DNA from: a virus | Reading direction: 5' to 3' (one strand) | DNA length: 64,000 nucleotides | Virus record (IMG/VR): IMGVR_UViG_3300020020_000026 | Location: 18,287-82,286 of that record | Shown: positions 27,079 to 36,843 of the stretch, piece by piece | How positions within the stretch are numbered: position 1 is the stretch's first letter | Layout: the number at the start of each line of letters is the position of its first letter | Notes under the pieces: model-generated | Told to the model about the DNA's origin: nothing | The model's database searches: none | The model's input: the letters and a program-made list of their open reading frames with translations, nothing else | Program-made: the position numbers and the translations under genes

Positions 27079-29496
27079 CTAGATGTTCTGATACAAATAA
27101 TTGTCGGCGGTGTCGTAGGCGTTCGGCCCGCTCTGGGTGTTCTGACCGGCCTCTGATCTTTGCAGCGGCGTGTTCTGGAACAGCTTCGCGCGAGCCGATC
27201 CCTTTGGCTTGGCAGGCGCTCCAACATCCACCTTAACAGTACCGTCAGCCCTAACTGACGTTGTGTCCGAGAGAGCCTTGCGGTCGAGCGCCTCACGGTC
27301 CAGGTCGCCCGGCGTGAATGGCGCGGCTTCCGGCGGTCCCGTGGGAGCATCGCCCGGCGTAAAGACCGGAGCCTCCGGTATCCCGGCGACCTTGGATTCC
27401 TGCGCGGCCTTGCTTTGCGCGTAGCGCTTCGCGCCCTGCGGCGTGAGCTGGGTGTGAAGATGCTTGCCGGTCGCGTAGCCGACTGGATTGCGCACCTCAT
27501 CTCTGAATTTGTAGTCCCGGCCCTCGACCATGCCGTGCCTCGCGAATATTTCGCGCTGCTTGGCCATCGCGGCATCGACCTGAGCCGTCGTCCTGGCCCG
27601 CGTGTCGAATGCCAGGGCCTTGGCATGGGCTGAATTCGGGTTTCTCTTTGTCAGCCTGTGATCTGGGCCGCGATAGCCGGATGTCGTCGTCATCCCGGCT
27701 TCCTGTACCTCGCCCATGATCGACTTCAGACCGGCAATCCGGTCCTTCATGCTGCCGGTGAATGGAGCCGAATCAGTTGGAGCTGAAGCTGCGCCACTAG
27801 GAGCTGGAGCCGCGCTCGGAGCCGTGCCGCCACTGCTGGGAGCTGGAGCCGCGCTCGGCGTGCCGCCGCCGCCGCTGGGAGCCGCAGTGTCGCCGCCGGT
27901 CGCCGGGGCCGCCGGTCCGCTCGGAGCTGCCGTTGTGCTGCCGCTGGAGGGTGGCTCGGACGACGGCGAAGAAGGAGCCGCAGTGCCGCCGCTGGTCGGA
28001 GCGCCGGTCGGAGCGCCGCCGGTCGGACTGCCTGCGCCGCTGCCGGTGCCTCCGCCACCAGGTGGCGAATAGCTGGCCTTCTGGACGCCGCCGCCCTGGC
28101 TTCCAGTCGAGCGATCCTCCATCCGCTCGAAGTAGTTGTTCAGCCTGTCGAGCTGGCCGGTCAGCTTCTCGGTCTGCTCGGTGTTTTGTCCGGTCTCGTC
28201 AATCAGCTCGTCGGTCGTAAAGCTGGCGGGCTGAAGCAGAGGATTCGTCTCGCCGGGCGGCGTGTAGCTTTGCGGGGTCGCGCCCGGCATGTCTGGCTGG
28301 GTCGCATCACTGCTCTTCAAGGCTCCTAGCTTGTTGAGCCCTTGAATAACCGTGATGACCTGGCCAAGCAGCGGGATACCCTTCAGCAATTCAACGAGGT
28401 TGACCCCAAGCCCAGGGAGCTGTTCATCGATGTAGGTGATGCCCCTGCCGATAGCGCCGAAGAGATCATCCGCAAGCCTCAACGCCCCAAGCAACACCGG
28501 CAATCCAGCGGAGAGGGCCGAGAACGTGATGCCCTTCAACTTGAGACTTATTTCGCCCCAGATTTCCGAAACACGTTTACCAGACGCCGCGACCTCCGCC
28601 ATCTCCCTGGCCTTCTCAGGGCTAACCGGCTTCAGCTCCAGCTCCATGCCTTCGCGCGTCTGGCCGAAATCTCCCCAGAATTGATTTGCGAGAGCCGCCG
28701 CTACGCTCTTGCCCCAACCGGCTTCCAGGGCTTGCTTCTCTAGCGCTTTGCCGTACTGCGCGATCATCTGCCGCGCCTTGGCGGGCTCGACGGCGGCTAG
28801 CTGGTTTACCCAGTTGGCATCGACGCCCTGGCTGATCAGCTTCTGACGGAGCTGCGAATTATTCTTGTACAAATCGAACTGCGCGGCCTGGATGCCCTGG
28901 AAACTTCGAGTGATCAACTCGGCCGAATGCCCAAACGCCTTCGCCTGATCCTGTGCATACTTCAGCTCGGCAAAGCTCATGCCCAGCGTGCGCGCCGTCC
29001 TGCCAAGCTGGTCCATCTCCTTGGCGAACTTGAACACCGATATGCCGTAGGCGACGGCGACCAGGCCGATAGCCGCAACGCCAATGGCAAGCCTGCCAAG
29101 GCCGACAACCGCAGCCTGCGAGACGCCGGGGATATTCTTCATCGACTCGCCAAGGCGGTTAACGCCTTCGGCTGCGTCCCACAGCCCCACCGCCAGCCTG
29201 GGCAAACCAGAGAGGCCTTGCTGGGCCGCGTTCCCCATCTGGGCCAGCGAACGGCCGGTGTCAGCAGCGTTGCGCGACAGGGCGCTCAGCTCTGTGCTGA
29301 TCGTTCGCAGCCTGGGTCCAGCGGTCAGTGCTGCGTTACCCAGAGCGGTCGCGCTGGCGGTAGCCTGCGTAAAGCTGGTCGTCATCTGACCGGCGGTCTG
29401 GGTCAGGTTCACCAGCTCGGTGCGAATTTTCGCGAGCCCAGTGGACGCATTGTCCACCAGGTTTACTGTCAATCTTAGTTCTTCAAACTCAGCCAT
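27079..29496 (-). CDS. Tape-measure-like protein 2 with M15/LAS-type peptidase cargo
   Basis: Paralog of upstream gene; TSGYR...SAH....AFD...HLH. Confidence 0.75.
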   Translation of the reverse strand: MAEFEELRLTVNLVDNASTGLAKIRTELVNLTQTAGQMTTSFTQATASATALGNAALTAGPRLRTISTELSALSRNAADTGRSLAQMGNAAQQGLSGLPRLAVGLWDAAEGVNRLGESMKNIPGVSQAAVVGLGRLAIGVAAIGLVAVAYGISVFKFAKEMDQLGRTARTLGMSFAELKYAQDQAKAFGHSAELITRSFQGIQAAQFDLYKNNSQLRQKLISQGVDANWVNQLAAVEPAKARQMIAQYGKALEKQALEAGWGKSVAAALANQFWGDFGQTREGMELELKPVSPEKAREMAEVAASGKRVSEIWGEISLKLKGITFSALSAGLPVLLGALRLADDLFGAIGRGITYIDEQLPGLGVNLVELLKGIPLLGQVITVIQGLNKLGALKSSDATQPDMPGATPQSYTPPGETNPLLQPASFTTDELIDETGQNTEQTEKLTGQLDRLNNYFERMEDRSTGSQGGGVQKASYSPPGGGGTGSGAGSPTGGAPTGAPTSGGTAAPSSPSSEPPSSGSTTAAPSGPAAPATGGDTAAPSGGGGTPSAAPAPSSGGTAPSAAPAPSGAASAPTDSAPFTGSMKDRIAGLKSIMGEVQEAGMTTTSGYRGPDHRLTKRNPNSAHAKALAFDTRARTTAQVDAAMAKQREIFARHGMVEGRDYKFRDEVRNPVGYATGKHLHTQLTPQGAKRYAQSKAAQESKVAGIPEAPVFTPGDAPTGPPEAAPFTPGDLDREALDRKALSDTTSVRADGTVKVDVGAPAKPKGSARAKLFQNTPLQRSEAGQNTQSGPNAYDTADNYLYQNI

Positions 29497-32342
29497 CAGA
29501 TTGACATCGCTTCCGGTTCAGCCACCTTCGTTGTTCTCGAAGTCTCGGTGTCCTTGAACGCACCACTGCCCTCGACCTCGACCTTAGTGCCAGTCGGCCC
29601 GGTAACCTCGGCCTTCAGCTTTCCTTTGACATCCGGCTTCTGCGAATCGGTGAGCGCGCTGCGGTCGAGTGTTGCGCGATCTGGCTCTTTCTTATTTGCA
29701 GCGACAGCGGCAGCGGCGGCGGCTGCGTCGGCGGCGGCGATCTCCTGCTCTCGCTTCTGTCTCCATGCAGCGGAGCCAGCGTAATCCAGATCGTTAAAAC
29801 GCTCTTTGTTGATATTGACGCCAACCCCACCTCGCTCGTAATTCGGGTCTCCCCTGCTGCCCTGGTCGGTGTGGCTTTTAATGACGTTGCTGCCGCCAAC
29901 CGCTTGATCGACCAGCTTGTTCATAGCTGCAGCGTAGGCCGGGTCTTTCATCAGCTCTAGATGCTTAGCCAGGTGCCCGTGTTTAACCGGCCCATAGAAG
30001 CTCTCGGACGGGCTTCTTCCCAGTATCATCTCCCTAAGCGTTTTCGGCGGCAGACCTCTCTTCGCACGAGACTCGTTAACCATCTCAGTCCGGTTCATCA
30101 GGCTTTCAACAACGGCTGGACCAGCTCCGGGATTTTCGGCGCTGAGAATCGCACCCACCAATTTTCTGGTTTCCGGGTCTTCCAATTGCTTCTTAAATCC
30201 AGCGCGCTTCGCAGCCAGAAACGCCGCCCCACCACCGCCGCTGGGAGTAGTCGCAACGCCCTCGACCCTAGCGGGACCGGCCTTGTCACCCGTCGCGACG
30301 TTGCCTTCCGCCGCTCGCTTCGCGCGCACCTCCGCGACCGTCGCGTCGCTCGCGTAGCGCAAGTCCATTCCTTTGACGCTGCGCGGCTTGACGCCGTACT
30401 GGTCGGCAAACCATGCGGTGTTCGTCTTCGGATCGTATGACCCCGGCACGATGGTCATGACGTGACCGCCGGTCTGGCCCTTGGGAGCGCGCCCGCTGTA
30501 GCTTGCGATCATGCTGCCGAAGGGACGGTTCGGATTGTTGATGTCCGCCGCCTTCTGCGCTTCACCCCAATCATTCCAGTTGGTGGCAACCTTGCTGTTC
30601 GCAGTCGGCGGCTTGAAGCCTGCCGACATCACGTACTTGGTGGCGACGATCCCGCAGGCCGGGCCACTCATCTTGTAGCCCTTGGTGTCGAACAGCTTCT
30701 TCAGCCCGGCGGTGTCACCCGCGCGACCCAGCCGCTCGACCTCCTTCATCGTCTCGGGATCGATGCCCTTGCCAGCCTGATCGACCATCCCCGCAGGACC
30801 ACCAGGACCAGCGGGACCAGAGGAACCAACCCCATAGCCGCCCGTACTTGCGCCGCCGTAACCTCCTCCGCCGCCGTAGCCGCCGCCTGCGCTGGCACCA
30901 ATGCCGCCTCCACCAGCGCCACCACCCGTGCCCTCCATGCGCTCAAAGAAAAGATTGAGCCTTTCGAGCTGACCGGTGTTCCTCTCGGTCTCGGTCGAAT
31001 TGCGGTCGGTCTCCTCGCCCAGGGTGAAGCTGGCGCGCTGGAATAGCGGACGCCCTCCACCCTCATCGCCGCCGTCGTAGCTCTGTTTGCGCCAGAACGG
31101 TTGCTGGTTCGGGCGCGTGCGGTTCGGACGAGGCGCGGGTGCGGGCTCCGCGTCGCTCTTTTGACTACCGTACCGAGAGAGCCCGTCAAGCAAAGTGATT
31201 GCTGGGCCAAGGCCCGGCACCAGCTTCAGGATGTCAACGAAGTTGACCCCGATCTTTTTCAGGTGCGCATTGACCCAGCCGATGGCCTTTCCGATGCCGG
31301 TAATGATCGGATCGATAAGTCTCAGCAACCCCAGCAAAGCCGGAAGACCGGCAGAGAGAGCCGAGAATGTCATCTTCTCCAGCTTGAGACTGATCTCGCC
31401 CCAGATAATGGAAACCTCTTTGCTCTGGTCCTCGACCCTCTTGTACTCAGCCGCCTTCGCCGGATCGTCAGCCAGCTTGATCGCCAGCTCCATATCCTCG
31501 GCGTTCTGCCCGTACTCCTGATAAAACTGGTTCATCAGGGCGGCGGCATTGCTTGCGCTCGCGCCCCTTGCCAGTGCCTGCTTCTCAAGCGCCTTGCCAT
31601 AGCGCGCGATCATCTCGCGAGCCCTGGTCGGATCGGCCAGCATGAGCTGATTGATCCAGCCCGCATCAACGCCCTGCGCCAGCAACTTCGCCCGGAGCTG
31701 AGAATTGTTTTTGTAGAGGTCGAACTGCGCAGCCTGGATGCCTGCGTAGCTGCGGATAACGCCCTCGGCCGTGTAGCCGAATGAGGTCGCCTGATCTTGC
31801 GCGCTCTTCAATTGGGCAAAGCTGATGCCCAGGGAGCGCGCCGTTCGGCCAAGCTCGACCATCTCTCTTGAGAACCGGAAGACCGACACGCCGTAAGCCG
31901 CAATCGCAACGCCAACAGCGGCGACGCCAAGAACAACACCGCCGATGGCGAGTACCGCAATCCGCGACGCTGGCACCAGCTCTCCCAGCGCAGAGCCCAT
32001 GACTTGGACGCCCTGCGCCGCGTCATACAGGCCGACAGCCATCCGTGGCAGTCCGCCGATTCCGCGATTGACCGAAAGGGCCATCTGAGCCAGCGCCTGG
32101 CCGGTCTGGGCGGCGTGACGCTGCAGATCACGCATCGCCTGATTGGCGGTGCGAACGTGAGGTGCCGCGTTTAGCGCAGCGGTGCCAAAGTTGGTGACAC
32201 CGCCAGACGCACTTCGCAGCCCTGTCGCCGCATTCGCCGCCGCTACACCCAGCCCGCCGATCTCACCGCGCAGTCTTGCAAGCCCCGCAGACGCGCTGTC
32301 TGCGAGGGTGACGGTAAGACGTAGTTCTTCAAACTCCGCCAT
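29496..32342 (-). CDS. Tape-measure-like protein 1 with CHAP-like and second hydrolase-like cargo
   Basis: Follows tail chaperone; helical N-half; ACG...GHV; AEN...VVESLMNR. Confidence 0.78.
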   Translation of the reverse strand: MAEFEELRLTVTLADSASAGLARLRGEIGGLGVAAANAATGLRSASGGVTNFGTAALNAAPHVRTANQAMRDLQRHAAQTGQALAQMALSVNRGIGGLPRMAVGLYDAAQGVQVMGSALGELVPASRIAVLAIGGVVLGVAAVGVAIAAYGVSVFRFSREMVELGRTARSLGISFAQLKSAQDQATSFGYTAEGVIRSYAGIQAAQFDLYKNNSQLRAKLLAQGVDAGWINQLMLADPTRAREMIARYGKALEKQALARGASASNAAALMNQFYQEYGQNAEDMELAIKLADDPAKAAEYKRVEDQSKEVSIIWGEISLKLEKMTFSALSAGLPALLGLLRLIDPIITGIGKAIGWVNAHLKKIGVNFVDILKLVPGLGPAITLLDGLSRYGSQKSDAEPAPAPRPNRTRPNQQPFWRKQSYDGGDEGGGRPLFQRASFTLGEETDRNSTETERNTGQLERLNLFFERMEGTGGGAGGGGIGASAGGGYGGGGGYGGASTGGYGVGSSGPAGPGGPAGMVDQAGKGIDPETMKEVERLGRAGDTAGLKKLFDTKGYKMSGPACGIVATKYVMSAGFKPPTANSKVATNWNDWGEAQKAADINNPNRPFGSMIASYSGRAPKGQTGGHVMTIVPGSYDPKTNTAWFADQYGVKPRSVKGMDLRYASDATVAEVRAKRAAEGNVATGDKAGPARVEGVATTPSGGGGAAFLAAKRAGFKKQLEDPETRKLVGAILSAENPGAGPAVVESLMNRTEMVNESRAKRGLPPKTLREMILGRSPSESFYGPVKHGHLAKHLELMKDPAYAAAMNKLVDQAVGGSNVIKSHTDQGSRGDPNYERGGVGVNINKERFNDLDYAGSAAWRQKREQEIAAADAAAAAAAVAANKKEPDRATLDRSALTDSQKPDVKGKLKAEVTGPTGTKVEVEGSGAFKDTETSRTTKVAEPEAMSI

Positions 32343-32526
32343 CGTCCATCGTCGCGCGCTCGCGTTTCTTCTGATGCGCTAGTTCGATGGTGCGCTCCAG
32401 GTGGACGCGAACCTCCGATGCAGGCATCTCAAGAAAAACGACGGGCGAGATTTTGTAGAAGTCAGCGAGCCGATAGCAGTCGAGGACCGTAGTCCCTACC
32501 ACGCTGTCGGGTCCGGGATAAAAAAA
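32329..32526 (-). CDS. Tail chaperone -1 frameshift extension (gpGT/E'-like)
   Basis: T TTT TTT at 32526-32520; -1 frame reads YPGPDSVVGTTVLDCYRLADFYKISP... to 32329. Confidence 0.75.
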   Translation of the reverse strand, partial: FFYPGPDSVVGTTVLDCYRLADFYKISPVVFLEMPASEVRVHLERTIELAHQKKRERATMDDGGV

Positions 32527-32921
32527 CCGCGTAACCGATAGGCGCAGCTATTCCAGTCCCGTGGGTCCATCGCCTCGATGAACGGAGGTAGAATGCCGGA
32601 TAGCGCCGACATCATCGTCGTCATCTTGCGCTCCAGGATGACAACGTCGCCGTCCTGGTTGACGTGACACGGATTGCCATAGCGGTTGATGTCGCCGCCG
32701 GTCGGCTCGCGGAACGACAGCTCATGCACCGTCTCCGCACCCTGGCGGACGCCGCGATGCAACAGCTTCACCTTGACCGGCCAAAGGTCTTTCGGCTGCT
32801 CAAGAACTTCCGGCTCTTCCGGCATCGGAGGCAGTTGATGCACGGGCTCGGGCGCGGGCGTCTCGGGGAGAGGCTCGGCGCGTTGCTTGACGAACCCCTC
32901 CCGGTTGCTTGGCTTGTTCAT
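32496..32921 (-). CDS. Tail assembly chaperone
   Basis: ELSFREPTGGD, MDPRDW...GFF; lies between tube and TMP. Confidence 0.85.
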   Translation of the reverse strand: MNKPSNREGFVKQRAEPLPETPAPEPVHQLPPMPEEPEVLEQPKDLWPVKVKLLHRGVRQGAETVHELSFREPTGGDINRYGNPCHVNQDGDVVILERKMTTMMSALSGILPPFIEAMDPRDWNSCAYRLRGFFIPDPTAW

Positions 32922-32945
32922 ACCCTCTCCTCTTGTCGAACGAAC

Positions 32946-33347
32946 TTATCGAGCGAATTGCTGGACCGGCGACACCGGGTTGTCGATGGCCATCTCCTCG
33001 CACCACAGGCCCTCCCAGCGCACGCGCACCTGGCCGTCGCGGGCGTTGGCTTCAAGCGCCGCCTTGCACGTTGCGCCAATCAGGCTGTACTGCCAACCGT
33101 TGGCGAGCTGCGCGACGACGTTGACATCCGTGGCCCCGTCGAGGTCTTCGAGGGCGAGCCCCCGCGTTGTCGAGATGTCACCCTCGATGAAAGGCACCCT
33201 CGGCAACTCTTGATAACCATGAACGCCATCCTGGCCAGCGAGCATCGTCCGCTCGACAGGCGAAGGGCTGACAGTGAAGTTGCCGCGCAGCGCCATCATC
33301 TGCGAGCCAACGTACAGGTATGCAATACCCGCGAATCTCTGTGCGAT
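32946..33347 (-). CDS. Tail tube protein (Mu gpM-like), probable ATC start
   Basis: AGGAGG-N5-ATC gives MAQRFAGIAYLYV...; GQDGVHGY.E.P. Confidence 0.88.
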   Translation of the reverse strand: MAQRFAGIAYLYVGSQMMALRGNFTVSPSPVERTMLAGQDGVHGYQELPRVPFIEGDISTTRGLALEDLDGATDVNVVAQLANGWQYSLIGATCKAALEANARDGQVRVRWEGLWCEEMAIDNPVSPVQQFAR

Positions 33348-33398
33348 TGTAGCCTCCTATTGTTTCGGAAGTGTCAGCGTAAGAAAGCGACGCGGGGA

Positions 33399-34967
33399 TT
33401 AACCCGCGCCACCGGCAGCAAGACGAACACCAGCTTCGCCGATGTCTCGGTCTACCCCACGGTCGTACTGGAGGCGGAACTGACTTAACACGGCAAACAC
33501 ACGTAATTGGTTAATCAGGTCCGGTGGATAGAGGACGTTGACGCGATTTGGGTTGTTCGGATCGCGCTCGACAATCAGGTTGTTCTTGAACGCGCGGGTG
33601 TCCTCGACCAGCCCGTTGTACTCATCCATCCGGTATTCCGCGACCAGTTCGGCCTTGAGAATGCCCGGCGTGACGATGGCCTGGCCGGGGCCGAAGCGGG
33701 TGCCGTCGTTGGCCAGCTTGTGCCTCGGGAATTTCGAGGTGATCGCCTGACGCTGATTGCGCATCAAGCGGGCGAGCGTCGCCAGCGTTGTCACCAGCTC
33801 GTAGGCGTCGTCGCCCTGGCCGTACAGGTTGAGCTGGTAGGTCGTCGTTTCCCGAAGGATCATCGGGGCACCTTCGCTGCCCATCTCCTGGGTCGCGATG
33901 CCGTAGCCTGCGAGAGTGTTCAGCTCCTGCCGGTTAAAGCGTTCGTGCAGCGGCGGGGCCAGGATGCCGGTGAGCGCCAGCGTCTGCAGCGGGCGCGCGG
34001 GATCGTTGGTCAGGCCGCGAGCGGCCTTGGCTGTGTAGGCCGCCGTCCACTCGTAGACCGGCGACGGGGCATCCAGCTCGACGCCCATGATGGAGGTCAC
34101 GCCGGAATTCCTGGTTTCGCCAAACGCGATCATGCTGGCGTAGTCGCCGCGCTTGGCCGAGAAGATGTGACCATAGAGCTGGCGCATCCAGCCCCAGCGG
34201 CCACTGTCACCGAAACCGTACTCGGTTTCCCAGGCGTTCAGGCTGGTGCTGTCGGTGAACGGCAGAGCAACGTATTCGAAATTGCGTTCGCCAAGATTGG
34301 AGATCGCAGTATCGAAAACCGGCACGCTCGCGCCGCCTGACATCATGCCAAGGGTGGAATAGGCGACGGTGATACCCTTCGGAAGCTCTTCGCTGCCGAT
34401 GCGGCCGTAGTGGCTGTCGCGCATATCGATGTCGTTGCCGGAAGTGCCCTTCCAATTGCACGTCAACGTGCAAACGGTCGGGCCACCCACCGATGTCACC
34501 GGCAGATCGAAGTCCTCGTTGATCGCGGCGGAGATCGCGACATGGATTTGGTTGACGGTGTCGGCCGCGCCGATGTTGACCGGCACATGGTGGCCGCCGA
34601 TGTAGAGGTGGATGGTTCCCGCCTCATGGCCACCCGCGTCCGCCGTCACGGTAATCGTGCCCGTGGCTGGGGTGCCAGCGACAGGCTCCGCGACCGGAAG
34701 GCCCCAGACTTCGTGCGCGAAATTGTTGGCGAAGAACGCCTGGAACATCAGCGCCAGGTGCGAGCCCTGGCCAAACTGCTTGTTGGCCTGGGCCTGCGTG
34801 CCAATCGGAATCGGCACATTTGGCACGCCCACGCCATCGGCGGTCATGATGCCGACAAGCAGGGCGGGCTGGCGGATCGTCCAGATGCCAGCCTTGGATG
34901 GATCGACCTCCACCCAGTAGAGCGGCAATTTCCAGTTAGCGGGAATACCGGCGAAAGAGACGGGCAT
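33399..34967 (-). CDS. Tail sheath protein (Mu gpL-like)
   Basis: FGQGSHL..M, DPARPLQTL, PRHKLANDG, DLINQLRVFA. Confidence 0.95.
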   Translation of the reverse strand: MPVSFAGIPANWKLPLYWVEVDPSKAGIWTIRQPALLVGIMTADGVGVPNVPIPIGTQAQANKQFGQGSHLALMFQAFFANNFAHEVWGLPVAEPVAGTPATGTITVTADAGGHEAGTIHLYIGGHHVPVNIGAADTVNQIHVAISAAINEDFDLPVTSVGGPTVCTLTCNWKGTSGNDIDMRDSHYGRIGSEELPKGITVAYSTLGMMSGGASVPVFDTAISNLGERNFEYVALPFTDSTSLNAWETEYGFGDSGRWGWMRQLYGHIFSAKRGDYASMIAFGETRNSGVTSIMGVELDAPSPVYEWTAAYTAKAARGLTNDPARPLQTLALTGILAPPLHERFNRQELNTLAGYGIATQEMGSEGAPMILRETTTYQLNLYGQGDDAYELVTTLATLARLMRNQRQAITSKFPRHKLANDGTRFGPGQAIVTPGILKAELVAEYRMDEYNGLVEDTRAFKNNLIVERDPNNPNRVNVLYPPDLINQLRVFAVLSQFRLQYDRGVDRDIGEAGVRLAAGGAG

Positions 34968-35015
34968 ATTGCTCTCCTTGTGTCAGTTGAAGCTGTCCAC
35001 GGATTTAATGCGGGC

Positions 35016-35480
35016 CTAGGCAGCGCCCGGCGGCGGGGTCTGCGGCGACTGTGCAGGCTTGTTGCCGTTCTTCTGCCCAACCTCCCGCTGCTGTTCGGCC
35101 TTCTTCGGCTTGTTCGCTTCCGCCTGCTCGCGCGGGTTCAGGCTTTCATCGACGGGCTTCGACTGGGCTGTGCCCGGCCCTTCAGTGCGGACAGAGCCAT
35201 CCCTGATGCGGCGGAACGTAAAGCTGTCGTTCGGCCACTCGACGGATTGATTCAGCTCGGCCTTGAAGCGGGTGCCGCTGGAGTGCCGCATCGTTGCGCG
35301 GACGGACTCGTTCGCAGCGAAGACCTTGAGCGTCTTCGGCGGCCCTTCGATCACACGCAGGCGTTTTTCGCGTGCCTCGCGGATCGCCTTGCGCGGGTTC
35401 TCAGCGGCCTTCTCTTGAGCCTGGTCCGGGGCGTTCTCGGCCACGGATGCGGGAGCTGGATTGTTTTTGGGGTCGGCCAT
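35016..35480 (-). CDS. Sheath-upstream protein (Mu gp38-like core)
   Basis: WPNDSFTFRRIRDGSV motif within low-complexity flanks. Confidence 0.65.
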   Translation of the reverse strand: MADPKNNPAPASVAENAPDQAQEKAAENPRKAIREAREKRLRVIEGPPKTLKVFAANESVRATMRHSSGTRFKAELNQSVEWPNDSFTFRRIRDGSVRTEGPGTAQSKPVDESLNPREQAEANKPKKAEQQREVGQKNGNKPAQSPQTPPPGAA

Positions 35481-36132
35481 GGCCTTCATCCTTCTGTGCT
35501 GATGGGTCAAATTCGTAGACAGTGGTGACGCGCTGCACTTCATCCGCTGGCGGCATGGTGCCGTCCGTCGCAAGCGGCACGACCTCCTCATGTATCAAGA
35601 GGAAGTCGTCCACGATGATTGGCGTGTAGTCGGCTCGATATCGAAGCGTCTGCTCATACCGCAGCTCGCTCATCGGCGTTTCGTTGTTGAGCGGCGGATG
35701 ATCCACGAACCGCCAGGAGCCGTTCCCCAATCCCTCGATCCGCACGTTGTCGGGGTTGCCGATGCCGCCCGGATAGGCGCGGGTGTCGATCATGTTCATC
35801 AGGTACTGGTCGCGCCAGAGCCGGTTCATGATCACCCAGTAGGCTTGATTGAGTTTCTCCTGGGTCGCCTCCGGGTCGTTGTTGACGATGACCACTGAGA
35901 ACCCCAGCGTCAGGCTGTGAACGAACTCGATATCGCCATGGTTCGGGTCGCCGTCCGGTGCCATGTCCTCCTTGACGAGATAGAGAGCCAGAAGAGGAAG
36001 ATGGTTCGTCATGGTCTGAAGCTGGCGGCTCTTGCGCACGGTGAAGCCGGAAAAGAACGGCGCGGTCACCAGCTTGTCCAACAGCATGTCGCGAATCACG
36101 TAGCCGTAGCTCTGCACCTCGGTGATGGTCAT
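35401..36132 (-). CDS. Tail completion/terminator-like protein
   Basis: Position and size; 243 aa. Confidence 0.65.
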   Translation of the reverse strand: MTITEVQSYGYVIRDMLLDKLVTAPFFSGFTVRKSRQLQTMTNHLPLLALYLVKEDMAPDGDPNHGDIEFVHSLTLGFSVVIVNNDPEATQEKLNQAYWVIMNRLWRDQYLMNMIDTRAYPGGIGNPDNVRIEGLGNGSWRFVDHPPLNNETPMSELRYEQTLRYRADYTPIIVDDFLLIHEEVVPLATDGTMPPADEVQRVTTVYEFDPSAQKDEGHGRPQKQSSSRIRGRERPGPGSREGR

Positions 36133-36494
36133 GACGGCTTCGCAGTCAGAACCTTGCGAAGAACCAGCGTCGTCTCGCCGCCGCCGTTGCTCTCGGTGTC
36201 GGTGATTTCGAACGTGCCAAGCGCCGCACCCGCATCGGTGTCGGCGGGAATGGTCACCTGGTCAAGTTGCTCGGGCATCACCGGGAATTCAGCGTCGCGG
36301 ATATCGACAATGGTTTGCTGATCGGAAGTGATCGCGCCATCCATCGCCGCCACGTCAACCGGCCGCGTGTCGTAAATCCCGCGCGCGGTATACGCAGGCA
36401 CGCCCGGCTGCGAGGCGCGCGGCGTGATGATGATCGCCCGCGCGAAGGTGTCGTAGTTCGGCAGGTAGACCAGCGTTGAGAAATTTATTGCCAC
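36129..36494 (-). CDS. Head-tail joining (FII-like) protein
   Basis: ARGIYD, P.Q.DQV.I, GGGETTLVL. Confidence 0.7.
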   Translation of the reverse strand: MAINFSTLVYLPNYDTFARAIIITPRASQPGVPAYTARGIYDTRPVDVAAMDGAITSDQQTIVDIRDAEFPVMPEQLDQVTIPADTDAGAALGTFEITDTESNGGGETTLVLRKVLTAKPS

Positions 36495-36841
36495 TCGATT
36501 GCCTCCATGCACATCGTCTTCATGCGGGAGAACAGTTGCTCGACCAGGACCGGCCGCAGGATCGGCCGCTTGACGCCAGCTATGCGACGCGGGGCGTTGC
36601 GCCGGGTCGCCGTGCCCTTGCTCACGCGCGGTCCGCGCGACCGGCGCGAACGCGGATAGACCAGCGTCGTCACCGACATCCAGCCGCTCTCATCGACCTT
36701 CGGGAATTTCCGCTTCATGTCCTCGCGCTGCCAGTCGAGGAAAACGGCAGGCAACTTGTCGTCCAGCTTGTTGATGCGTTCCTGCATGTCGGCAAATTGC
36801 TTCAACAGCCCGGCGGACTCGACCTTGACCTCGAATGCCAT
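36485..36841 (-). CDS. Neck/tail completion protein (basic)
   Basis: MAFEVKVES...; RPILRP motif. Confidence 0.6.
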   Translation of the reverse strand: MAFEVKVESAGLLKQFADMQERINKLDDKLPAVFLDWQREDMKRKFPKVDESGWMSVTTLVYPRSRRSRGPRVSKGTATRRNAPRRIAGVKRPILRPVLVEQLFSRMKTMCMEAIEWQ

Positions 36842-36843
36842 GG

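Noticed and set aside
20083-34967. Tailocin or eCIS
   Set aside because: Capsid, portal and terminase are present, so this is a phage
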